Shown: positions 32,385-41,743 of the stretch, piece by piece
Position numbering within the stretch: the stretch's first letter is position 1
Layout of the letters: every line of letters starts with the position of its first letter
Source: an uncultured delta proteobacterium
Lineage (GTDB): Bacteria; Desulfobacterota; Binatia; Binatales; Binataceae
DNA: 64,000 bases
Direction: 5' to 3'
NCBI GenBank assembly: GCA_963794325.1
Contig: CAWCDG010000004.1
Location: 480,001 to 544,000, forward strand
The notes under the pieces: generated by a model
Database searches by the model: none
What the model saw: the letters and a program-made list of their open reading frames with translations, nothing else
Told to the model about the DNA's origin: nothing
Position numbers and translations under genes: made by a program

Positions 32385-33236
32385 CTACTGCCTGGAGATC
32401 ACCTCGGCGCCAAATTTTTCCATCGCGGCAATATGCTCTCGGGTGGTCGCGGCCGGCCCGATTATTATTCGCGAAACACCCATCGATGCGAATTTTTCGA
32501 TATCACCGGGCTTCAACTGTTCGCGCAACCTGCTCACGGTAATTTCCAGCGGCACGGTCCGCTCCGCCGCCCGCTCATGCTCGCGCAGGCGCTTGATCGT
32601 CGCCGCAATCTCGTCGTTGCCTTCCGCGATTCCATACCAACCGTCGCCGAGTTTCGCCGCGCGCTTGAGCGACGGTTCAGTGTTGCCGCCGAATACGATC
32701 GGCGGATGCGGCTTTTGCGCGGGCTTGGGCATGAACTTGAACCCTTCAGTCGAAATCGTCTTGCCGTGATACTCCGGCGAATCTTTGGTCCACAGCTCCT
32801 TCATCAGCGCGAGATATTCGCGGGTACGGAGCGCGCGATCCTTGAAGTTCATGCCGACGCCTTCGAATTCCTCCTCGAGCCAACCGATGCCGACGCCGAA
32901 AATAAATCGTCCGCCCGAAAGAACGTCGAGGCTGGCGACTGCCTTGGCGGTAGTGAATGCGTTGCGAATCGGCAGCACAAAGACTCCCGTCGCGAGGCGA
33001 ATCCTGGTTGTGACACCGGCGACGTAGGCCAGCGCCAGCAGTGGGTCGTGCAATGGCGTCTCCGGAGGCGCGCCCATCCTTCCACTAGAAGAATACGGAT
33101 ACGGCGAGCGGTAGGTTACCGGCAAAATAATATGCTCGGGAATCCAGAGCGATTCGAAGCCGCTCTCTTCGGCTTTGCGAGCCACCGCGGCGATACTGTT
33201 GGGCGAGGTCTGATACAAAAATGTGCCGAATTTCAT
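32385..33236 (-). CDS. LLM-class (putative F420-dependent) oxidoreductase
   Basis: AEESGFESLWIPEH, DPLLALA, LDVLSGGR..GVGIGWL.EEF, PKPAQKPHPP. Confidence 0.92.
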   Translation of the reverse strand: MKFGTFLYQTSPNSIAAVARKAEESGFESLWIPEHIILPVTYRSPYPYSSSGRMGAPPETPLHDPLLALAYVAGVTTRIRLATGVFVLPIRNAFTTAKAVASLDVLSGGRFIFGVGIGWLEEEFEGVGMNFKDRALRTREYLALMKELWTKDSPEYHGKTISTEGFKFMPKPAQKPHPPIVFGGNTEPSLKRAAKLGDGWYGIAEGNDEIAATIKRLREHERAAERTVPLEITVSRLREQLKPGDIEKFASMGVSRIIIGPAATTREHIAAMEKFGAEVISRQ

Positions 33237-33275
33237 TTTTTCAATCGCTCCTCGAGCGCGGAAATTTTTACAATC

Positions 33276-34700
33276 CTAATCGGTTTTTAGCTTCGCCGAA
33301 AAGACTGAAGGATCCTCGATCGTGCGCAGATCGAGGATGAAAGAATCATCGGCCACCCGCCCGATAATTCGGGCGCGCCGGAACATCGTGGCAATCGCGT
33401 TGGCCGATTTCTCCGGATGGGTGACGCGAAGCGCAACCGACTTCAGCTCCTCGACCGGCATCGCGCCCGAACCGACCTGCGAAACCACATCGACAATCTC
33501 GACTGCGTAGCCCGCGCCGAGCCGCTCCGCGACGATCTCGCGAGCACGCGGTGCGATCGAGCCAATCTCACTCACGCTGCGTCCCAGGATTCGAAGCGTC
33601 GGCAGCGCGTGCGCCAGATCGGCCGAGCGTAGATAGAGGCGCAACGTCGCCGCGAGCGCCGCGAGCGTGAGCTTGTCGCATCTGAGCGCTCGCTTCAGCG
33701 GATTGCGCTTGATGCGATCGATCGCGGTATGACGCCCTACAATCACCCCTGCCTGCGGACCGCCAAGCAGCTTGTCGCCGGAGAACGTGACTATCGAAGC
33801 GCCTGCCGCGATTCGATCACGCACGATCGGCTCGCGCGGGATTCCGTATTCGGTCAGATCGATCAGCGCACCCGCGCCAAGATCTTCCATCACGTCGATT
33901 CCACGCGCGCGGCCGATTTCGACCAGGTCTTCCAGCGTCACTTCACTGGTGAATCCGACGACACGGTAGTTCGAGGGATGCACTTTCAGCAGCAGCGCGG
34001 TGCTCGGTCCAATCGCGTCGGCATAGTCGTTGGGATGAGTTCGATTCGTAGTTCCGATTTCGCGCAGAATTGCGCCGCTCTTCGCCATGACGTCGGGCAA
34101 TCGAAACGATCCGCCAATCTCGATCATCTCGCCGCGCGATACGATTACTTCGCGTCCCTCGGCGAGCGAGTTGAGCGCGAGGACGACCGCCGCAGCGTTG
34201 TTGTTCACAACCGTCGCTGCTTCCGCCCCTGTCAGCTCACAAATCTCACTTTCGACAATCGTGTCGCGGTCGCCGCGTTCACCGGTCCCTAGATCATATT
34301 CCAGGTTGACGGCGGACCGCGCGGCCATCTCGACCGCCTCGATGGCGGATTCCGACAAAATCGCACGCCCGAGATTGGTGTGCAGGACCACGCCGGTCGC
34401 GTTGACCACGGGCCTCAAAGCGGCCTCGTCCGCTACCACCGCGCGGGACGCTGCGCCTACCACCGCGTCGAGCATCGCCGCTCGATCGCGCGGATGCGCG
34501 TCACGCCCCGAGAGAATCGCGGCGCGCAATTCCGCTTGCGCCCTCTGCACCATCACTTTGAGGTAGCTGCGGCTGAAGCTGGAAAGTGCGGGATTGGCCT
34601 GCGCCGCCGTGAGGCATTCGTCGATCGACGGAACCGCGCGAATCGCTTCCGTACGCGCGGCGGTGTCTGCGTCACGAGTTTTTCGAGAGTGTTTCGGCAA
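33276..34700 (-). CDS. selA: L-seryl-tRNA(Sec) selenium transferase (TTG 34700 proposed; the frame is open to 34763)
   Basis: VNATGVVLHTNLGRA, VNNNAAAV, SRGE.IEIGGSFRLPD, EIGTTNRT, FSGDKLLGGPQAG. Confidence 0.96.
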   Translation of the reverse strand: MPKHSRKTRDADTAARTEAIRAVPSIDECLTAAQANPALSSFSRSYLKVMVQRAQAELRAAILSGRDAHPRDRAAMLDAVVGAASRAVVADEAALRPVVNATGVVLHTNLGRAILSESAIEAVEMAARSAVNLEYDLGTGERGDRDTIVESEICELTGAEAATVVNNNAAAVVLALNSLAEGREVIVSRGEMIEIGGSFRLPDVMAKSGAILREIGTTNRTHPNDYADAIGPSTALLLKVHPSNYRVVGFTSEVTLEDLVEIGRARGIDVMEDLGAGALIDLTEYGIPREPIVRDRIAAGASIVTFSGDKLLGGPQAGVIVGRHTAIDRIKRNPLKRALRCDKLTLAALAATLRLYLRSADLAHALPTLRILGRSVSEIGSIAPRAREIVAERLGAGYAVEIVDVVSQVGSGAMPVEELKSVALRVTHPEKSANAIATMFRRARIIGRVADDSFILDLRTIEDPSVFSAKLKTD

Positions 34701-34744
34701 CCTAACCCCTAACCCCTTCCCTCGAGGGAAGGGGAACAAACGCG
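34699..34744 (-). repeat. Dispersed repeat family A copy at the selA 5' end
   Basis: AACCTAACCCCTAACCCCTTCCCTCGAGGGAAGGGGAACAA, identical to the core at 39596. Confidence 0.92.
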
Positions 34745-34825
34745 GAAAAGGAGATCTTACCAAACACTGCTAACAGGGACCCTACGAGTACTCAGGGTAA
34801 ACTCCGTCCCGCATCCTATCTTATC

Positions 34826-34852
34826 ACTGGGTGCAGGGGTCACCCCTGCCGA
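34826..34852 (+). repeat. Dispersed repeat family B (GGGTGCAGGGGTCACCCCTGCCG)
   Basis: 27/27 identical to the reverse complement of 43564-43590. Confidence 0.88.
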
Positions 34853-34858
34853 AGGAAG

Positions 34859-34883
34859 TTTGAAACCCACCGCGGGTTTCAAA
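34859..34883 (-). terminator. Hairpin just downstream of the MFS gene
   Basis: TTTGAAACCC/GGGTTTCAAA perfect 10-bp stem. Confidence 0.5.
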
Positions 34884-34888
34884 TTAAA

Positions 34889-36233
34889 TTAAGTGGCTTC
34901 TGCTATCTCCGCCTGCGCTTGCGCGATCAACTTCAACTTGGTCAACAAAATGAACCCGCACATCAACGAGAACGCCGCGCAGAACATCACTGCCGTGCGC
35001 GGACTGAAATGCTCGCCGATGTAGCCGACCGCCAGGCTTCCGATGGGCGCGGTGCCGATGAATGACAGCGTGTAGATACTCATCACGCGGCCGCGCAATT
35101 CGTCAGTGACGAACATTTGCAGCAGGGTGTTGGTCGTCACCATGTGATTCATCAGGCCGACGCCGATGAACATTTGCGCGAGGAGAGAGACCGACATCCA
35201 GGTCGATACGCCGAAGCCCGCGGTCGCGAACGCCATGCAGAAAATTCCGAACACCAGATTTTGGCGCAATGTTTTCGGAGCGGTCGAGCGCATGTTCATC
35301 ACGATTGCGCTGATAACCGCGCCCAATCCCTGCGCCGCCATTAGGAATCCGTAACCATGCGCACCGACATGCAATAGATCGCGCGCGAAGACCGGAATCA
35401 GCACACTGTACTGCATCCCGATTCCCATGTTGATCGCCACCAGCACGAGCAGCCACAGGGTCGGGCGATGCCGCCAGACATATGAGAGTCCGAGCCGCAC
35501 CTGGCGCATCATGGTGGCGCCGAACTCGCGCCGCTCGCGCCGCGGCAGCCGCATCTCGAGCAGGCTCCAGATAACGGCGAGATAGCTGACGCCGTTGAGC
35601 AGGAAGCATCCGGCGATTCCGATCACCGCGAGCGACATGCCCGCGATGGCCGGGCCGATCATTCGCGCGCCGTTGAAGATCATCGAGTTCATCGAGATGG
35701 CGTTGGGTAGATCCTCGCGCCCGACCATCTCGACTACGAAGGCTTGACGGCCCGGCATGTCGAACGAGCTCACGAAACCGTTGAGCGCGGCCAGTGCGAT
35801 CACGTATTCGACTTTGACGGCGCCGGCCCAGGTCAATCCCGCGAGAACGAAGGCGCTGATCATCAAAAGAGTCTGAGCGCCGATTATGAGGCGTCGGCGA
35901 TCGACGTGATCGACCACGACGCCGGCGAACAATGCGACCAGTACGATGGGCATGAAGCCCGCAAACGAGACGACGCCAAGCATCAACGACGAATTCGTGA
36001 GTTTCAGCACCAGCCACGATTGCGCGACAATCTGCATCCAGGTGCCGATGAGCGAGATCAGTTGTCCGATGAAGAAGAGCCTGAAATTGCGATGGCGCAG
36101 TGCGCGGAACGCGGCGAGCCTGCCGCTCCAGTTGTCCTGCGCAGGAACGTCGCCGCCGGCCTCGTCAACTTCGGCGGCTTCTATCTCGGGGACAGTATCG
36201 ATGATTTTTCTCCGTGACCTGATTCTCCTTCAC
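34889..36233 (-). CDS. MFS transporter (MFS_3/DUF894-like); 5' end needs a +1 indel at 36205-36209 or a non-canonical start
   Basis: In-frame AFRALRHRNFRLFFIGQLISLIGTWMQ upstream of the ORF-track Met; DRRRL, ELRGRVMSIY. Confidence 0.88.
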
Positions 36234-36301
36234 TTTGACAGAGCTGATTTCATCAATCGAGCGACTTGCCGCTTTCCGGTCTGTTTGCGAGTCTCACTGA
36301 C

Positions 36302-38203
36302 ATGGCATCGTTATCGCGACTCGAACTCCGATTTATCGACGCCGCCGGCAATCCTCGCGCGCTGGAGCTCTCGGCGCCCTTCAGCTCGAACGAATCGAAG
36401 ATTGTTCACGATGGCGTCTCCTTTTCGGCGCGCCTGGAAAACACGATCGGCGGCACCGTCGTTCGCGCAACTATCCGCAACCGCGGCGCCGACCCCGTGC
36501 GGCTCAATGCTGCAATCTTCGACGTCGAGACCGGCTTCGCGAAATCCGCAGCGGCGCGATTCTTCAAGCATGGATACCAGTCGTGGAGCTCATCGGAAGG
36601 TCGCGACCTGAGCGCTTCAAGCGCTCACACTGGCGACGGCGCCCATTTCATTACGCGCCTTATGCATCGGAGCGAACCGACTCGGCCGCCAGAATTCCCC
36701 GAAGCGCAGACATCCGAGCTCTTCACGATAGTCGAAAGCAATGGCGCGGCGGAGCGCGTGCTGGCCGGATTTATCGGAGCCGCCACTTCGCTTTCAACGA
36801 TCACCATCTCGAGCCCTGAAAAAATCGTTGCACGCGCGATCCTCGACGATGTAACGCTCGCGGCGGGCGCGCATCGCGAACTCGATCCAATGCTGATCGC
36901 CGCGGCGGACGAATCCGCGGCGCGGATGGCTGCGCGATGGGCTGACGCAATTGGCCGATGGATGAACGCGCGCGTGAATGCGCCATTCCAGCGCGGATGG
37001 TGTTCCTGGTACCACTACTTTCACGCGATCACAGAGGACGCGCTTCGCGCCAACATCAAATCGCTCGAGGCGATGCGCTCCGAGTTCCCGCTCGACGTGA
37101 TCCAGCTCGACGACGGCTTTCAGTCGGCGCTGGGCGACTGGGACACGACCAACGCCAAGTTTCCGGGCGGGCTCAAAAAGATCGCGGGAGAAATTCGCGC
37201 CGCGGGTTTCAAGGCCGGCATCTGGACCGCGCCATTTCTCGCTGCCCGCGATTCACGCCTGATGGCCGATCATCCCGATTGGTTCATCATGCACGAACAG
37301 AGCGGCGAACCGGTTCGCGCCGGCCACAACGCGAACTGGACGACGAGTGACGACAAATTCGCGTACGCGCTCGACCCGAGCAATCCTGCGTTCCGCGCGC
37401 ATCTGCGGCATCTGTTCAAGGAGCTCACCCGCGATTTCGGCTACTCGTATCTCAAACTCGATTTTCTTTACGCCGCCGCCGCGCCCGGCCGGCGTCACGA
37501 TCCAAATCTCACGCGCGGTGAAACGCTGCGCCAAGGCCTCGAGGCGATTCGCGCAGGGGCCGGCGACGACGCGTTCATCCTCGGATGCGGCTGCCCGCTT
37601 GGGCAGGCGGTCGGCGTGGTGGACGGAATGCGCATCGGGCCCGACGTATCGCCGTTCTGGGGCTCGACGGCATCCGGAGTGGGCGACCCGTCCACGGTGT
37701 ATGCGCTCGACGCGATCATCGCGCGCAGCTTCATGCATCGGCGGCTGTGGCTGAATGATCCCGACTGCCTGATGCTGCGGGCGCGCGAAACCCGCCTCAC
37801 CGCGGACGAACGCGCTGCACTGGCCGCGACCATCGTCGCGAGCGGCGGGATGCTGCTGATCTCCGACGACATGAGCTTGCTCGACGCCGAGGCGGGCAAA
37901 TTGTTTCGTACGCTCACAGAGATCGGCGAGAAGATCGATTCAAACGCGGCGCGAGAACCAGTCCTCGCGCTCGATCTGATGGCGACCGGCGACGTCCGGG
38001 GGATGATCACTCAGACCGAGATTGGCGCGGTCACGATGATACTGAATCGCGGCGACTCGCCGGCACGGGTGCAAACTTCTGATCTCAAACTGGGCGCCGG
38101 AGAAATCGCGGCGCTCGACCTCGCCGTCGACGAGAAAATTGAGATCTTCGATGCGATCGAGCTTCCGCCTCATTCCGCGCGCATCCTGCGCTTCAAGCGC
38201 TAG
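36302..38203 (+). CDS. Alpha-galactosidase (GH36/melibiase family)
   Basis: GWCSWY, IQLDDGFQ..GDW, GIWTAPF, YLKLDFLY, MRIGPDV, WLNDPDCL. Confidence 0.9.
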   Translation: MASLSRLELRFIDAAGNPRALELSAPFSSNESKIVHDGVSFSARLENTIGGTVVRATIRNRGADPVRLNAAIFDVETGFAKSAAARFFKHGYQSWSSSEGRDLSASSAHTGDGAHFITRLMHRSEPTRPPEFPEAQTSELFTIVESNGAAERVLAGFIGAATSLSTITISSPEKIVARAILDDVTLAAGAHRELDPMLIAAADESAARMAARWADAIGRWMNARVNAPFQRGWCSWYHYFHAITEDALRANIKSLEAMRSEFPLDVIQLDDGFQSALGDWDTTNAKFPGGLKKIAGEIRAAGFKAGIWTAPFLAARDSRLMADHPDWFIMHEQSGEPVRAGHNANWTTSDDKFAYALDPSNPAFRAHLRHLFKELTRDFGYSYLKLDFLYAAAAPGRRHDPNLTRGETLRQGLEAIRAGAGDDAFILGCGCPLGQAVGVVDGMRIGPDVSPFWGSTASGVGDPSTVYALDAIIARSFMHRRLWLNDPDCLMLRARETRLTADERAALAATIVASGGMLLISDDMSLLDAEAGKLFRTLTEIGEKIDSNAAREPVLALDLMATGDVRGMITQTEIGAVTMILNRGDSPARVQTSDLKLGAGEIAALDLAVDEKIEIFDAIELPPHSARILRFKR

Positions 38204-39596
38204 CCGACAAATCGATCACGCTCGCACCCGCACCTGCGTGCAATACGGCTCGCCAACTTTCCGGCGCCGCTGTCGGAAATTGCTTTGCGAAATAGCCTCG
38301 ATCGATCGATTCAATCACAGCGGCCGCGTTAGACACGTCGCACAGAGCTACGATCGCGCCGCCGAAGCCTGCGCCAGTCAGCCGCGCGCCGAGTGCGCCG
38401 CCACGACGCGCACATTCCACGATTGCATCGAGCCGCGCCGTGCTGCATTCGAAGTCGTCTGCAAGACTTTGATGCGACGCGTTCATCAACGTTCCCATTT
38501 CGTCGAGACGGCCGGCCTCGAGCACGCCGGCCGCGCGAATCACGCGCTCGGTCTCGCTCAACACGTGCCGCGCGCGTTTGAGAATTTCCAGCGGGCGGCT
38601 CGAATCCAGCGCGATTCGCGTCGGGCCATGACCGAGCAACGCGGCATCGAGAGCCGGCTGCGAGACGCCAAGGATGTTTGCACCCTCCTTCAGGTCTGCA
38701 TTGAGCCGCGCGGGTGCTGCCGACGCGAGTCTCTCGACAAGGTTCGCCGCGTTCCACTCCGGCAGTGCGCGAATCACGTCGCCGAGAATTGTCACGCCGT
38801 CGAGTTTGAGCGCGCGGCCGAGAATTCGCGCCGCCAGCGAGCATTCGACGACGCGCCGATTGTATTCCGCGCGGACCTTCCCCGACTTGTCCGCGACTTC
38901 GCGCGTGTCCGCGACAACCAGCGCCGCGTTCGCAGGCATCTTGATCGCACGCACGCGCAGCGGGTCGAACTCGATGAACAGCGCGTGGTCGCGGCGGCCA
39001 AGAATCGAAACTGCCTGATCCATCCCGCCCCCGTGGGTCCCGACGTACCGCTCGCTGCGGGCCACCATCGTCGCGGTTTCGAGCGGATCGAGTTCGAGTT
39101 GGTTGACCGCCATGAACGCGAGCGCCGTCGAGACGGTCAGCGCGGACGATGACGACAATCCGGCGGCCGGCGGCACGCGCCCATCGACAATCATCGACGC
39201 GCCGCGCAATTGATGCGCAGGGAAGCGATCGATCACTCCCTGTATCGATGCCTTCACGTAGTTAGCCCAATCCCCGGTTTCGTAGGGTGGAATCTGTCGC
39301 TCGATTGCGAAGCGTCGTGAGGGCCACGCCGGGTCGGCGTTCTCCAGCTGGATTTCGCGTGTTGTGTTGGCAGCGGCTGCGACGATTGTCGATCGATCGA
39401 TCGCGACCGGTAGCACAGGCAGTCCGCTGTAGTCGGTGTGCTCACCGATTAGATTGACGCGTCCGGGTGCGCGGGCCGCGAAGATTCGCGGATTGACGCT
39501 GCCTCGCAGTTTGGCGGCGAGCCTCTCGGCGCGATCCAATTCATCGGGATGCCATCGGTTCGAGTTCGATGCGTGGGTTGTGATGGTTGCGGGCAA
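38193..39596 (-). CDS. galK: Galactokinase / GalNAc kinase (GHMP family); start uncertain
   Basis: APGRVNLIGEHTDY, PxAAGLSSSSA, GGMDQ, GARLTGAGFGG. Confidence 0.92.
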   Translation of the reverse strand: MPATITTHASNSNRWHPDELDRAERLAAKLRGSVNPRIFAARAPGRVNLIGEHTDYSGLPVLPVAIDRSTIVAAAANTTREIQLENADPAWPSRRFAIERQIPPYETGDWANYVKASIQGVIDRFPAHQLRGASMIVDGRVPPAAGLSSSSALTVSTALAFMAVNQLELDPLETATMVARSERYVGTHGGGMDQAVSILGRRDHALFIEFDPLRVRAIKMPANAALVVADTREVADKSGKVRAEYNRRVVECSLAARILGRALKLDGVTILGDVIRALPEWNAANLVERLASAAPARLNADLKEGANILGVSQPALDAALLGHGPTRIALDSSRPLEILKRARHVLSETERVIRAAGVLEAGRLDEMGTLMNASHQSLADDFECSTARLDAIVECARRGGALGARLTGAGFGGAIVALCDVSNAAAVIESIDRGYFAKQFPTAAPESWRAVLHAGAGASVIDLSASA

Positions 39597-39641
39597 ACCT
39601 AACCCCTAACCCCTTCCCTCGAGGGAAGGGGAACAATCGCG
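39596..39641 (-). repeat. Dispersed repeat family A copy at the nucleotidyltransferase/galK junction
   Basis: AACCTAACCCCTAACCCCTTCCCTCGAGGGAAGGGGAACAATCGCG. Confidence 0.92.
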
Positions 39642-40429
39642 ATTTGGTGATTCGAGCAATACGTCGGGTTCATCGGCGCTCTCCTCTTCGGCTTGAACCA
39701 TGCGCGCGCTGCTTCGAGATCGTTCGGCGTGCCGACGTCGCTCCAGAATCCGCGCATGTCGACTGCGCGCACGACGCGGCCGTCCGCGATCATTTGTGCG
39801 ATCGCGCCCGGGACCTCCAGTTCGCCGCGCGCCGACGGTTCGAGCCGCGCGAGATAGTCGAAGATTACCTGTCCGGTAGCGAAGAGTCCCGCGTTGTTCC
39901 ATTCGGTCTTTGCGGTTCCGGGCGCCGGTTTTTCGTCAAGGCGTTCGACGATCATCTGCGGAGTCACGTAGACGGCGGCGCCGCGAAATGGATCTTTGAC
40001 GCGATTTACCGCGAGCATCAAATCGTACTCGTCGATCCGCGCGTGACGGATGAATCGCGGATAGTTCGCGCGGTCCATCAGGATGTCGCCCCATCCGAAG
40101 ACGAAGCGCGGCTGTCCGGTGAGATGCGCTTTGACCGCGAGCATCGCGCCGCCAGTCCCGTTCAGTTCGGGCTGTTTGACCGTGGTAATTTCGATTCCCG
40201 GATTTTCGTGCTGGTAAGTTTTCGCCCATCCTTCGATTTGATCGGACAGGTAGCCCGTCACGACGATGAAATTAGCGAGCCCTGCCCCGGCGAGCGCGTC
40301 GATAATATGCGAAATCAACGGAGAACCGGCGATGTCGAGGACTGGTTTCGGCGTTTTCGCGGTCAAATCGCCAAGCCGTTTGCCACGCCCCGCCGCCAGC
40401 AATACCGCCGTAGTAATTTCCGCCGCCAC
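39599..40429 (-). CDS. Sugar-phosphate nucleotidyltransferase (NTP_transferase family)
   Basis: AVLLAAGRGKRL..PKP, Q..LNGTGGA, EKP, SARGELE, WSDVGTP.DL. Confidence 0.9.
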   Translation of the reverse strand: MAAEITTAVLLAAGRGKRLGDLTAKTPKPVLDIAGSPLISHIIDALAGAGLANFIVVTGYLSDQIEGWAKTYQHENPGIEITTVKQPELNGTGGAMLAVKAHLTGQPRFVFGWGDILMDRANYPRFIRHARIDEYDLMLAVNRVKDPFRGAAVYVTPQMIVERLDEKPAPGTAKTEWNNAGLFATGQVIFDYLARLEPSARGELEVPGAIAQMIADGRVVRAVDMRGFWSDVGTPNDLEAARAWFKPKRRAPMNPTYCSNHQIAIVPLPSREGVRG

Positions 40430-40513
40430 CCGCTCAACATAGCATCGCGCGGGCGTTCGAGGGTGCTTGGCTGGCGGTATATAGTTGAGTAAGAGTTTAG
40501 CGAGAGCCGGATA

Positions 40514-41686
40514 ATGTTTGGTGAGATAAGTCCCCGCAAGAAAGCGCGCGCGCCGTTTATTTCAATCGAGGAAGCACTCGAGGAGACGCGGCGCGGCCAC
40601 ATGATCATCCTGATGGATGATGAGCAGCGCGAGAACGAGGGCGACCTTTGCATGGCGGCGGAGAAGGCGACGCCCGAAGCGGTCAACTTCATGGCCAAGT
40701 TCGGGCGCGGGCTGATTTGCCTGCCGATGTCGTCGGAGCGAATCGACCGGCTCGGGCTCAGCATGATGATTGGCGACAACCAGGCGCCGCTCGGGACCGC
40801 GTTCACGACGGCGATAACCGCGCGGCGCGCGTCGGGATCGGGAATCTCGGCGCAGGATCGCTCGACTACGATTCTGCAGGCGGTGCGCGAGGACGCCAGC
40901 GGCAGTGAGTTCATCACGCCCGGCTACGTCTATCCGCTGCGTGCGCGCGACGGCGGCGTTCTGGTGCGCACGGGACAGACCGAAGGCGCGGTCGATCTCG
41001 CGCGCCTGGCGGGACTGAAGCCGGCGGGCGTTATCTGCGAGATTCTGAAGGACGACGGCACGATGGCGCGGCGCGACGACCTGGTCGAGTTTGCCAAAGT
41101 GCATGGGCTGAAGATTGTCACGGTCGCGGACATAATCGAGTACCGGCTGCGCAACGAGACGATGGTCCAGCGAATCGCCGAGGCGAAGCTGCCGACTGCG
41201 TACGGCGAGTTCAGCGCGATCGTCTATCGCAACCTGGTCGATTACACCGAACATCTGGTGCTGGTGATGGGCAAGGTCGATTCGAAGAAACCCATTCTGG
41301 TGCGGGCGCATCGCGAGTACCTGCCCGGCGACGTGTTCGGCTACTCGATTCGCAATACTCGCAATCTGCTGCGATCCGCGATGGAACGAATTTCGGCGGC
41401 GGGCGAAGGCGTGCTGCTGTATCTAAAGCGCGAGTCGAATGCGCTGGCGTCGGATTTTGACGGCGGACGTCCGGCACGCCGTACGACTACGCGCGCAAAT
41501 ACGCCGGAGGCTGATTTCCGCGATTATGGAATCGGCGCACAGATTCTGCGCGATGTGGGCGTGCGCAAGATGATTATTATGTCGGACGCGACGCCGCGGC
41601 TGGCGAATCTGCCGGGCTACGGATTGGAGATTGTGGGATCGGTACCGCTTTCGTCGAGCGGCAAGCACCACGCGGCCGCCAAATAA
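40514..41686 (+). CDS. RibB fused to a degenerate GTP cyclohydrolase II domain (RibBX-like)
   Basis: DDEQRENEGDL, GLICL, GISAQDR, ICEI; RibA Zn motif HSECxTGD..RCDC reads HREYLPGD..IRNT. Confidence 0.88.
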   Translation: MFGEISPRKKARAPFISIEEALEETRRGHMIILMDDEQRENEGDLCMAAEKATPEAVNFMAKFGRGLICLPMSSERIDRLGLSMMIGDNQAPLGTAFTTAITARRASGSGISAQDRSTTILQAVREDASGSEFITPGYVYPLRARDGGVLVRTGQTEGAVDLARLAGLKPAGVICEILKDDGTMARRDDLVEFAKVHGLKIVTVADIIEYRLRNETMVQRIAEAKLPTAYGEFSAIVYRNLVDYTEHLVLVMGKVDSKKPILVRAHREYLPGDVFGYSIRNTRNLLRSAMERISAAGEGVLLYLKRESNALASDFDGGRPARRTTTRANTPEADFRDYGIGAQILRDVGVRKMIIMSDATPRLANLPGYGLEIVGSVPLSSSGKHHAAAK

Positions 41687-41743
41687 ATGTACACTGTTCA
41701 GGAACCGCGGAGCCGCTCGTGCGGTTGTAGTTCTCGACAAATC

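Noticed and set aside
34701-34763. N-terminal extension of SelA (MVRSPFPRLFPFPRGKGLGVR)
   Set aside because: It is largely a translation of repeat A and is unlikely to be native protein, though not excluded.
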